64,000 bases of DNA, taken from the NCBI GenBank assembly GCA_050952625.1, contig JBMNLH010000001.1, positions 832,001-896,000 of the forward strand. The letters run 5' to 3'. A model generated the notes under the pieces. The model was not told where the DNA came from. It did no database searches and worked only from the letters and a program-made list of their open reading frames with translations. The position numbers and the translations under genes were made by a program. This document shows positions 22,016 to 31,423 of this stretch, piece by piece (the stretch's first letter is position 1; each line of letters begins with the position of its first letter). The DNA is from Bacillota bacterium (GTDB lineage: Bacteria > Bacillota > Ch66 > Ch109).

Positions 22016-22243
22016 ATGGACCGCGATCAACCCGATTTATTGGTACCGGATATAGTGGCCTGGGAAATTGAAGATGCAATACAAATATTAAAAGAAAGTG
22101 GCTTTAAGGTGCAACAGATAAAAGTTAATCCCGATAAAACTAATTCGGATGAATTCGATAACTGGCGAGTTTTACGTCAGAAACGACTATCTGATGAGGT
22201 TTTTCAACTTGTTGTAGCCCCATTTAAGAGTCTTAAGCCATAA
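22016..22243 (+). CDS. Small standalone PASTA-like domain protein
   Basis: VPDIVAWEIEDAIQILKESGFKV...RVLRQ...LVV resembles the PASTA pattern; coupled to frr. Confidence 0.6.
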   Translation: MDRDQPDLLVPDIVAWEIEDAIQILKESGFKVQQIKVNPDKTNSDEFDNWRVLRQKRLSDEVFQLVVAPFKSLKP

Positions 22244-22272
22244 TAATCTAGGGTTGTACATTTATTATCAAC

Positions 22273-22303
22273 ATAAACCCCCTCAATTATTTGGGGGTTT
22301 TAT
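22273..22303 (+). terminator. Intrinsic terminator
   Basis: AAACCCCC / GGGGGTTT hairpin with T tail. Confidence 0.7.
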
Positions 22304-22362
22304 CCTTGGTCTGTATATTTCCTTTGTCCGGTTAATCCTGTCTGAACTGGAGGGGGGTTAAG

Positions 22363-23142
22363 GTGGCGGGTTTTGATTCTTTTCTTAATCGTAAGTTTCG
22401 GGTAAAACGAGCAAAAGATAAATGGGAGTCACAAATTGATCATAATCATTTGCCACAACACATTGCTGTAATAATGGATGGAAATGGTCGTTGGGCTACT
22501 TTACGAGGTCTTCCCCGATATGCTGGTCATCGAGCTGGCATGTCAGCTTTGAAAGAATTAGTCACGATCTGCGGCGAGCTAGGAATTCAAGTGCTGACGG
22601 TGTATGCTTTTTCCACCGAAAATTGGAAGAGGCCGGCAGAAGAAGTTAGTTTTTTGATGAATCTGTTAGTGGAATATATGGAAAGGGAACTAGCAGAGCT
22701 TCACCACAAAGGAGTACAGGTGCGAGCTTTGGGTGAGCTTGCCGAGTTACCGCTGTTAGCTCAGCAAGCTTTGAATAAGGCCGAAAATGTTACCCACGGC
22801 AATCAAGGCATGAAATTTAATATTGCCTTGAACTATGGGGGGCGACGAGAAATTTTAAAGGCGGTCCACCAGATAGCCCAACAAGTACTGGCCGGAGAGA
22901 TTAAACTAGAACAGATTAATGAGGAACTAGTAAGTTGTTTTCTTTATACCAGGGACTTACCTGACCCAGATCTAGTTATTCGACCATCCGGCGAGCAACG
23001 TTTGAGCAATTTCCTGCTATGGCAGAGTGCTTACTCCGAGTTTTGGACCAGTTCAGTACTTTGGCCTGATTTTCGAAAACATCATTTGTTCGAAGCCATT
23101 GTCGATTATCAAAAGCGTCATCGTCGTTATGGCGGTTTATAA
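22363..23142 (+). CDS. uppS: Undecaprenyl diphosphate synthase
   Basis: HIAVIMDGNGRWA, YAFSTENWKRP, RLSNFLLWQ. Confidence 0.98.
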   Translation: MAGFDSFLNRKFRVKRAKDKWESQIDHNHLPQHIAVIMDGNGRWATLRGLPRYAGHRAGMSALKELVTICGELGIQVLTVYAFSTENWKRPAEEVSFLMNLLVEYMERELAELHHKGVQVRALGELAELPLLAQQALNKAENVTHGNQGMKFNIALNYGGRREILKAVHQIAQQVLAGEIKLEQINEELVSCFLYTRDLPDPDLVIRPSGEQRLSNFLLWQSAYSEFWTSSVLWPDFRKHHLFEAIVDYQKRHRRYGGL

Positions 23143-23165
23143 CTGAAAAGACAGAGGGAACTCAT

Positions 23166-23999
23166 ATGTTGAAACTACGGATATTAAGCGCAATTTTTGG
23201 CGTCCCCTTATTGCTTTTTATAGTTTGGACCGGGGGCTGGCTATTAGTCGCCGGCGTTGTTGTTCTGGCAGGTTTAGGGTGGAAAGAATTTATAGGTTTG
23301 ATAGAAAATGTTGGCTTAAGAGCAAGGGGAGGGCTAGGATGGCTAGTCCTATTATTTCCAATTGTTGCATATCTTGATTGTAGTGGATTTATCCCTGGCG
23401 GTTTTAGTTATTTACCGGTCGGCATTTTGTTAGCAACTGCATTCGGATTTATTATAAGTTATCCGGAGCGGAAATTGGCCGATGTAGCTGTAACCTTATG
23501 GGGCATTTTATATCTTGGAATGTTGTTTAGTTTTTGGGTCCTAGTCAGGGAATTAAACCAGGGCTGTTTCTGGATCGTACTGGCCTTAATCCTTACCTGG
23601 GCTAGTGATACCGGTGCCTATTTTATTGGCAGGAACTGGGGAAAACGGAAGCCTTGGCCACGTTTAAGTCCTGGCAAGACCCTTGAAGGTGCTCTAGGCG
23701 GGTTGTTTTTTTGCATTGTTACTTCATTAGCATTAACTAGTACTAGTGGGTTTTTTCGATGGGGTGGACCGGATTTGGGGTTAACCGGCTCAATTGTCTT
23801 AGGTTTAGTGGTTAGCGCAATGGCGCAGGCTGGAGATTTAGTTGAATCAGGCTTAAAACGTTCTGCCGGGGTTAAAGATTCAGGCTGTTTAATTCCCGGT
23901 CACGGTGGAATTCTCGATCGTTTTGACAGTTTATTATTCGTCATGCCTACAGTGTACTTCTTTGTTCAAATATATGCGAAATATGAGTTTTTTCAATAA
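23166..23999 (+). CDS. cdsA: Phosphatidate cytidylyltransferase
   Basis: SPGKTLEG, KDSGCLIPGHGGILDRFDS. Confidence 0.97.
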   Translation: MLKLRILSAIFGVPLLLFIVWTGGWLLVAGVVVLAGLGWKEFIGLIENVGLRARGGLGWLVLLFPIVAYLDCSGFIPGGFSYLPVGILLATAFGFIISYPERKLADVAVTLWGILYLGMLFSFWVLVRELNQGCFWIVLALILTWASDTGAYFIGRNWGKRKPWPRLSPGKTLEGALGGLFFCIVTSLALTSTSGFFRWGGPDLGLTGSIVLGLVVSAMAQAGDLVESGLKRSAGVKDSGCLIPGHGGILDRFDSLLFVMPTVYFFVQIYAKYEFFQ

Positions 24000-24081
24000 T
24001 TTTAGAAAATAGATAAATTTGTTGGCCGTAAGTATTATAATAGTCTTAATTTGAGCAAATTGGGGGTAAGAGGTGAAATAG

Positions 24082-25200
24082 ATGGACCCAACCCTCTTAA
24101 AACATGTCATAATCCTGGTCCGTTTTAGCATCATTACAGTTGGTCTGGTGGCTGGCTACCTGGCTTTATATTACGTTGTACCTTATATTTTTCACCTCAT
24201 AACTCAGATCCCAGTTTATTTTTCACCCTTTATTTTAGCATTGGTCATGTCATTATTGATTGAGCCTATAGTAAGGAGACTTCAGTTAAAGTTTAAATTA
24301 TCCCGGGGAATTGCTGTTTTATTTGCCCTGGTGGTTGTTTGGGGTACCGTAGCCTTAGTTCTGGCCGGTGTAGTAAGTCGCCTGGTACAAGAATTAATTG
24401 AGTTATACCGATTACTATCTTCCTCATCGGCCAGTCTGAGTCAGAGTATCGTCAGCCTAGTTGAGAATTGGCAAACCTTTTATCTTCGACTACCAATTCC
24501 ACCTCAAGTTGCAGAAACCCTGCAACAAAACGCGGGAAGTTTGGTGGAGGGAGTTCAAACCCTGGTTCAGGAGATTATGAATGCCCTTATTGGGTTTTTG
24601 GGGGCCTTGCCCGGTTTCTTTACCATTTTCTTAATTGCCACGATTTCGACTTTTTTTATTAGCCGAGATCGGGAACTAATTTACCAAACGCTTTTTGGTT
24701 GGGTTTCCTCGGATTGGTTCGACCGTGGACGAATCGTGATTAGAGATTTGGGTGGTGCTTTAGTCGGTTTTTTTAGAGCTCAACTGATCTTAATTTCTAT
24801 AACCGGAGTTGTAACGGTTATTGGTTTAAGGATCCTGGGAGTTGAGTACGCACTTACTATTGGTCTAGTTGGCGGACTGCTGGATATCTTGCCGATTATA
24901 GGTCCCGGAACTATATTCATTCCTTGGTCACTTTGGACAATTGCTATAGGAAATGTTAGCTTTGGTTGTAAACTGATGTTTCTTTATGCTATTATTTCGA
25001 TAGTACGCCAGTTATTAGAGCCAAAAATCGTCGCGAATAATATTGGGTTACATCCCTTAGCCACTTTGGTCGGCCTTTTTGTTGGACTAAAAGCCGGTGG
25101 TATTTTGGGTATGATTCTAGGACCAGTAACCCTTGTTGTTTTTCAGGCTTTGCGGCGGGCTGGAATAATTGCCAATTGGTCAACGAAAAATCATTGCTAA
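24082..25200 (+). CDS. ytvI: Sporulation integral membrane protein YtvI (AI-2E family)
   Basis: LLDILPIIGPG, RQLLEPKIV, GLHPLATL; multiple TM segments. Confidence 0.88.
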   Translation: MDPTLLKHVIILVRFSIITVGLVAGYLALYYVVPYIFHLITQIPVYFSPFILALVMSLLIEPIVRRLQLKFKLSRGIAVLFALVVVWGTVALVLAGVVSRLVQELIELYRLLSSSSASLSQSIVSLVENWQTFYLRLPIPPQVAETLQQNAGSLVEGVQTLVQEIMNALIGFLGALPGFFTIFLIATISTFFISRDRELIYQTLFGWVSSDWFDRGRIVIRDLGGALVGFFRAQLILISITGVVTVIGLRILGVEYALTIGLVGGLLDILPIIGPGTIFIPWSLWTIAIGNVSFGCKLMFLYAIISIVRQLLEPKIVANNIGLHPLATLVGLFVGLKAGGILGMILGPVTLVVFQALRRAGIIANWSTKNHC

Positions 25201-25315
25201 TTAGTCAGACAGTAATAATTTTTTCTACTGCAGGGCTATTCGGACAAGATTCTATACACCACTTAAAATGACAGCGAAGTATTAGGTTTATCAATTAGTG
25301 TTGTAGGAGTTTTCA

Positions 25316-26467
25316 ATGCGAAACGTGAAAAGGATTGTCATATTAGGTTCAACTGGTTCAATTGGCCGTCAAACTTTGGAAGTAGTTGAAGCCCATTCAG
25401 ATACTTTAAAGGTAATTGGTTTAGGAGCCGGCAGCAATTATCAATTGCTGGAGCAGCAGGTCAGGAGGTTTTGTCCCAGCTTTGCGGCTTTGGCTGATGT
25501 TGAGGCGGCTCAGATAGCGGCCAGCCATCTCCAAGATGAGACGGTTCAAGTATTAAGCGGTTTACAAGGGATAACCGATTTGGTGGAACTACCCAACGTT
25601 GATCTAGTGGTCAACGCCTTGAGCGGTTTTGCTGGACTTGAGCCGACTATCAAAGCAATTCGGCGTGGTATTCCAGTGGCGATAGCCAATAAGGAGCCAT
25701 TGGTAGTAGCCGGACATCTGATAATGGAAGAGTCTCGGCGTTGGGGTTCACCAATTCTGCCGATTGATAGTGAGCCTTCGGCTATTTTTCAATGCTTACG
25801 CGATGAAAAACGTTTTTTAAGTAAGTTGATTATAACTGCTTCAGGCGGTCCTTTTCGGGGTTGGACACAGGACCGATTGTCCAGTGTCACCCCTGAGTTA
25901 GCTCTGCGCCACCCTAATTGGTCAATGGGCCAAAAGATAACAGTTGATTCGGCTAACTTAATGAACAAGGGGCTTGAAGTAATTGAGGCGCATTGGTTAT
26001 TTAATGTTGATTACTCCCAGATTGAGGTGGTAGTTCACCCCCAATCCATAGTTCATTCTCTAATAGAGTTTATGGATGGTTCAATCCTGGCTCATTTGGG
26101 TCAACCAGATATGCGAGTACCGATTCAATACGCCTTATCCTATCCGGAACGCTGGGGAAGTCCCTGGCCGCGCCTAAGTTTGGTTGAGGCCGGGCAGTTA
26201 ACTTTTCAAGCACCGGATTTGATAAATTTCCCCTGTTTGGAACTAGCCTTACTTGCCGGAAAAAAGGGGGGTTCCATGCCCACTGTGCTCAGCGGGGCTG
26301 ACGAAGAAGCGGTTGATTTATTCCTCAAAGAAAAAATAGGTTTTTTGGATATACCCCGCCTCATAGAGGGAGCACTTGCTAGTCACCATCGGATTGATAA
26401 CCCTGACTTGGACACTCTTCAGGCAGTTGATCACTGGGCCCGTCGTTGGGTTCGCGAACACATTTAG
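25316..26467 (+). CDS. dxr: 1-deoxy-D-xylulose-5-phosphate reductoisomerase
   Basis: LGSTGSIG, LPIDSE, TASGGPFR, HPNWSMGQKITVDSA. Confidence 0.98.
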   Translation: MRNVKRIVILGSTGSIGRQTLEVVEAHSDTLKVIGLGAGSNYQLLEQQVRRFCPSFAALADVEAAQIAASHLQDETVQVLSGLQGITDLVELPNVDLVVNALSGFAGLEPTIKAIRRGIPVAIANKEPLVVAGHLIMEESRRWGSPILPIDSEPSAIFQCLRDEKRFLSKLIITASGGPFRGWTQDRLSSVTPELALRHPNWSMGQKITVDSANLMNKGLEVIEAHWLFNVDYSQIEVVVHPQSIVHSLIEFMDGSILAHLGQPDMRVPIQYALSYPERWGSPWPRLSLVEAGQLTFQAPDLINFPCLELALLAGKKGGSMPTVLSGADEEAVDLFLKEKIGFLDIPRLIEGALASHHRIDNPDLDTLQAVDHWARRWVREHI

Positions 26468-26478
26468 GGGGAGATTTT

Positions 26479-27513
26479 TTGATAACCTTTATCGCGGTTG
26501 TATTTGTTTTTGGACTGCTAGTGATGGTCCATGAAGCTGGGCATCTGGTAGCCGCCAAACGGGTTGGTATTGCAGTATATGAATTTAGTATGGGATTCGG
26601 GCCTAAATTGTTTGCTTTCACCCGGGGGGGAACCCTCTATTCAGTAAGAGCATTGCCATTGGGCGGGTATGTCAGGATGGCCGGCAGCGACGAGGGAGAA
26701 GCTGATCTTGAAGCTGCTTACCAGAATAAAACAGTCGGTCAGCGAGCGATTGTGGCAGCGGCCGGGTCAACCATGAATCTTGTTCTGGCGGTAGTTTTGT
26801 TTATCATAGTATTTTCAATCCTCGGTATTCCTTTTGCAACTGGGTCAAATGTGATTGGATCAACCTTACCGGGTTCTCCAGCCGCGGCTAACCTCCTCCC
26901 AGGGGACCAGGTAGTAGCGATTGATAATCAGCCAGTCCAAACTTGGGAGGAAATGGTTAAGATAATTCAGAGTTATCAACCGACTAAGGGACCGCTCAAT
27001 TTTCAGGTTGTACGGACTGGTGAGTCGTTGGAATTTGCCATAGTCCCCGAAATCAACCAACAGACAGCGATCGTTGGCATTCGACCGGAAATCGGGTACC
27101 ACCGGGTTGGTTTGATTACTGGTATCGGTATGGGATTTTCGCAAACAGTTGAATTAACTTGGGCAATGCTTCAAGGACTGGGCCAGATGTTTACTAAGGG
27201 TGTTGAACCGGGCGATTTGGCTGGTCCAGTCGGGATAGTTCAAATGATTGGCGAAGCGTCTCAGGGGGGATTAGCGAACCTTTTGTATTTCGCAGCTATT
27301 CTAAGTATTAATCTGGCGATCTTAAATCTTTTACCCATACCGGCATTAGATGGCAGTAAACTGGTTTTTCTGGCTGTCGAAAAGGTTCGTGGCCGTGGGG
27401 TTGAACCAGAAAGGGAGGGTTTCATCAACTTAATCGGTTTTGCTTTATTAATAACCTTGGTCTTGATACTTACTTATCAAGACGTTATGAGAATATTTGT
27501 TCAGAAAGGATAA
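26479..27513 (+). CDS. rseP: RIP metalloprotease RseP/RasP
   Basis: HEAGH, PDZ domain, NLLPIPALDG. Confidence 0.96.
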   Translation: MITFIAVVFVFGLLVMVHEAGHLVAAKRVGIAVYEFSMGFGPKLFAFTRGGTLYSVRALPLGGYVRMAGSDEGEADLEAAYQNKTVGQRAIVAAAGSTMNLVLAVVLFIIVFSILGIPFATGSNVIGSTLPGSPAAANLLPGDQVVAIDNQPVQTWEEMVKIIQSYQPTKGPLNFQVVRTGESLEFAIVPEINQQTAIVGIRPEIGYHRVGLITGIGMGFSQTVELTWAMLQGLGQMFTKGVEPGDLAGPVGIVQMIGEASQGGLANLLYFAAILSINLAILNLLPIPALDGSKLVFLAVEKVRGRGVEPEREGFINLIGFALLITLVLILTYQDVMRIFVQKG

Positions 27514-27557
27514 TTACTCTAAAACAAAACTTTTATAAACTGTCTGGAGGCAGGGCA

Positions 27558-28628
27558 ATGTCGGTTATTCCTCGCTGCTCTACTCGTCCTTTAAAGGTTG
27601 GTAGGGTGGTCATCGGTGGTGGTTCGCCGATTTCGGTTCAATCAATGACTAAGACGGATACCCGAGATGTGAAAGCAACGGTTAGACAAATATGTGAGCT
27701 AGAAGAGGCGGGCTGTGAAATTGTTCGTCTGGCGGTAGTCGATACTGAGGCGGCAGAGGCAATAAAAAAAATTCGACAGCACACTCAGCTTCCCTTAATT
27801 GCCGATATTCATTTTGATTACCGTTTAGCCTTAGAGTGTATCGAAAACGGTATTGATGGCTTGCGGATTAACCCCGGGAATATCGGTGATCGCAGTCGGG
27901 TTGAAATGATTACCCAACGAGCTTTAGATAAAAGGATTCCAGTTAGGATTGGAGTAAATGCTGGTTCGCTGGAAAGGCCTTTGCTTGACCGATATGGCGG
28001 GGTAACCGCTGAAGCCTTAGTTGAAAGTGCTTTGGGTCATATTCGGATTTTGGAGAGTCTGAGGTTTTATGATATCAAAGTATCCATCAAGGCTTCTGAT
28101 GTTCCGCTGATGCTGCAAGCTTATCGTCAACTGTCTCGAACCGTAAACTATCCTCTTCACCTTGGAGTAACAGAGGCCGGTACCCGTTATACCGGGACGA
28201 TAAAATCAGCCATTGGTATTGGCACCTTGCTAGCGGAAGGAATAGGCGACACCATCAGAGTATCTTTGACTGGTCCGCCAACGGAAGAAGTCCGCGTTGG
28301 TTTTGAGATCCTAAAAGCATTGGGTTTGCGCAGAAAGGGCGTTGAAATAGTCTCCTGTCCTACGTGTGGACGATGCCAGATTGACTTGTTGCCAGTTGTG
28401 GAAAAAATTGAGCAAGAGGTCTCAAGCATTAAAACCCCTCTCAAGGTCGCAATTATGGGTTGTGTGGTTAACGGTCCTGGCGAAGCCAGACAAGCAGATG
28501 TTGGTGTAGCCGGCGGCAAGGGGGTAGCTTTGCTTTTTAAGGAAGGAAAACCCCTTAAGAAGATTAAACAATCCGAAATGGCCGACGCTTTATTAGCAGA
28601 AATAAAAAATATGGACTTGCAGACATAG
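27558..28628 (+). CDS. ispG: HMBPP synthase IspG
   Basis: ISVQSMT, ADIHFDY, RINPGN, SCPTCGR, MGCVVNGPGE. Confidence 0.98.
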   Translation: MSVIPRCSTRPLKVGRVVIGGGSPISVQSMTKTDTRDVKATVRQICELEEAGCEIVRLAVVDTEAAEAIKKIRQHTQLPLIADIHFDYRLALECIENGIDGLRINPGNIGDRSRVEMITQRALDKRIPVRIGVNAGSLERPLLDRYGGVTAEALVESALGHIRILESLRFYDIKVSIKASDVPLMLQAYRQLSRTVNYPLHLGVTEAGTRYTGTIKSAIGIGTLLAEGIGDTIRVSLTGPPTEEVRVGFEILKALGLRRKGVEIVSCPTCGRCQIDLLPVVEKIEQEVSSIKTPLKVAIMGCVVNGPGEARQADVGVAGGKGVALLFKEGKPLKKIKQSEMADALLAEIKNMDLQT

Positions 28629-28713
28629 TTATTATACCTTAGGCGTTGGATTATTGATGATGGAAATATTATGAATCGTATGGGTTAATTATCTTTCGAA
28701 GGAGGAATACGCG

Positions 28714-30442
28714 GTGCGAACCTCTCAATTATTAGCACCTACGTTGAGGGAAGAACCAGCAGAAGCCGAAGTAATTAGTCATCGCTTAATGCTTCGGGCT
28801 GGGATGATTCGAAAAACTACTTCTGGTGTCTATACCTACCTCCCTCTTGCCCAGAGAGTGTTGTTTAAAATCGCAACAATTATTCGCGAAGAAATGAATA
28901 GAGCTGGTGGACAAGAGGTAGCACTGCCCATTATTCAGCCGGCCGAACTTTGGCAGGAAAGCGGTCGGTGGGCGGTATATGGGGATGAATTGTTTCGTCT
29001 GCAAGACCGTCATGACCGTGATTTTTGCTTAGGGCCTACCCATGAGGAGATTATTACTGATCTAGTAAGAGGAGAAGTTCATTCCTACAAGCAACTTCCT
29101 CAGCTTTTGTATCAAATCCAAAATAAATACCGAGATGAAAGAAGACCACGTTTTGGGTTAATGCGGGCCAGAGAATTCATTATGAAGGACTTATACTCTT
29201 TTGATCGGGATGCAGCTGGCTTAGAAATAAGCTATCAAAAAATGTATGAAGCTTATACGCGGGTATTCCAACGCTGTGGGTTAAAGTTTCGGGCGGTTGA
29301 GGCTGACCCGGGAGCCATTGGCGGCAATGCTAGTCACGAGTTTATGGTGTTGGCTGGTTCGGGTGAAGCGGTGGTCGTCTACTGCAGTGAATGCGGTTAT
29401 GCTGCTAATGTGGAAAAAGCTGAGGCTCAGCCAGAGTTATCGCAGGAAGACCTGGGGCCCTAGCGTTCTTGAACTGGTTTCCACGCCAGGGGTCCGGACC
29501 GTGGAGGATGGAACTGCTTTTTTTGGGATTACTCCAAAAGAGATCATTAAAACCCTTTTTTATGAAGTTGAATACGAGACCGGTCGAGAATTGGTAGCGG
29601 TGGTTATCCGGGGTGACCGGTCGATTAATGAGGTTAAATTATTAAACCGATTAGGGTGCTTAAGGGTAGAAATGGCCTCGGAGGCGAGGATTAAGGAAGC
29701 GACTGGGGCAAATCCCGGCTTTGTCGGACCAATAGGTTTACAAGGAATTCGCGTATTAGCTGATGCGGAAATACCCTTGATGGTGCAGGGAGTAGTTGGG
29801 GCTAATCAGGACAATTATCATTATCGGGGAGTTAACCCGGGCCGGGATTTCCCTTTGGATGACGTTGCTGATCTGCGGATAGTTGAAGCTGGCGAACCAT
29901 GCCCGAAATGTGGCCACCCTTTGGCAGAATCTTACGGAATTGAAGTCGGTCATATTTTTAAATTGGGAACAAAATATAGCTCCGCCATGAACGCTTACTA
30001 TTTAGATGATAAAGGACAGAAACAGTTAATGGTCATGGGTTGTTACGGTATTGGAGTTAGCCGAACTATGGCGGCAGCCATTGAACAAAATTATGACGCT
30101 AACGGGATTAAATGGCCGGTGGCTATTGCCCCTTTTCAGGTGATTGTTGTCCCGGTGAGTTATCAGGATGACCAACAAAGGCAAGTAGCTGAAATGTTAT
30201 ATGAACAATTACTCAACTTAGGAGTAGAGGTAATTCTTGACGATCGACTAGAGCGAGCAGGGGTTAAATTTAAAGATGCTGATTTGATTGGTTATCCTTA
30301 TCGCATTACGATTGGACCAAAAGCATTAAAGGAAGGTCAAATTGAAATTAGTTGTCGTTTCGCTGATCAATGTTCCCAGGTTAAAGTCGAAGAGGCTGCT
30401 GAATGGGTGGCAAATGAGATTCGCCAACAACTCCATTCTTAG
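28714..30442 (+). CDS. proS: Prolyl-tRNA synthetase (bacterial type with INS editing domain), interrupted by a +1 frameshift near 29454-29463
   Basis: ORF1 has LGPTHEE and [17 protein letters not shown]; ORF2 (+1 frame) has the INS domain, [18 protein letters not shown] and anticodon domain; joined length about 575 aa. Confidence 0.95.
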
Positions 30443-30590
30443 AGTAGCCTCTCATGCTTCTGGACAGCACTATTCAAAAGATGAAAACTATGACCGCGCC
30501 GTGTTTTTAAGAAGGTCAGCGATTGACGAATTTGCATCACACTTTAATTTGATTATTTTCAGAGTAGACCCTCATGCCGCGTTGCGGCAC
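30441..30590. repeat. Two REP-like units AGAGTAG-N3-CTCATGC followed by a hairpin, 120 bp apart
   Basis: agagtagcctctcatgc at 30441 and agagtagaccctcatgc at 30561; second continues into TGCCGC-GTT-GCGGCA. Confidence 0.65.
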
Positions 30591-30650
30591 AATTGGTGCT
30601 ATTCTAGATAACTTGCAAGGTAAAACGCAGGGGAATAGGGGGGATGGGCT

Positions 30651-31313
30651 GTGAGTGAATATGATATGGTTATTAGACTGGCACTTGCCTGTTTCCTGGG
30701 TGCATTGATTGGCTTAGAACGAGAGAGTTTAGCCCGTCCAGCCGGTTTAAGAACCTATACTTTGGTGTGTATGGGGTCAGCCCTAGCGATGATTGTCTCT
30801 CAGGAGATGTATTTTAAATATCATAATACAGTCACCGCTGATCCAGGAAGAATTGCTGCTCAGGTAATAAGCGGTATTGGTTTTCTTGGAGCCGGTACCA
30901 TTATGCGCGAAGGAGCCAACATTACTGGGTTAACTACCGCTGCCGGCTTATGGGTAGTAGCCTGTGTCGGTTTGGCCTGCGGAGCTGGATTGTACTTAGC
31001 GGCCGTTGCGACTACCGGTTTCATTCTGCTGGTTCTGGTCTACTTTTTTAAAGTAGAAGAGAAATTTAGCGGGATGCGGGAATACAAGCACTTTAAGGTT
31101 ATAGTCCATGACCGGCCCGGGGCTATTGGAAAAGTGGGTACTGCTTTAGGCGAAGATGGGGTGCATATTAAAAACCTTACCCTAAGTCACGCCGAAGGGG
31201 AACAGTTAGTACTGGATTTAATGCTGCGTATCCCACCCTTTATTAAACCCAAGTTAGTCGCGGACAAGCTATACGGTGTGCCTGGTGTTTTTAAAGTGGA
31301 ACACCAAGACTAG
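30651..31313 (+). CDS. MgtC/SapB family membrane protein with C-terminal ACT domain
   Basis: IGLERE, AGLRT, DPGRIAAQVISGIGFLGAG, GLTTAA; DRPG ACT motif. Confidence 0.93.
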   Translation: MSEYDMVIRLALACFLGALIGLERESLARPAGLRTYTLVCMGSALAMIVSQEMYFKYHNTVTADPGRIAAQVISGIGFLGAGTIMREGANITGLTTAAGLWVVACVGLACGAGLYLAAVATTGFILLVLVYFFKVEEKFSGMREYKHFKVIVHDRPGAIGKVGTALGEDGVHIKNLTLSHAEGEQLVLDLMLRIPPFIKPKLVADKLYGVPGVFKVEHQD

Positions 31314-31423
31314 ATTTTGCCAATTAGACTTTGGACGTTAAATCTCTACCACTTATAAACCCTACTAGATAAATCTTAGCTAATGTTTAAAACTAGTACC
31401 TAAAATGAGGGAGGGACTGGTTA

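Noticed and set aside
28629-28713. T-box upstream of proS
   Set aside because: Intergenic gap is only 85 bp and lacks the GGTGGNACCGCG motif.
30342-30611. 89-aa ORF overlapping the proS end
   Set aside because: Overlaps proS and the REP-like units, with no SD or recognisable motif.
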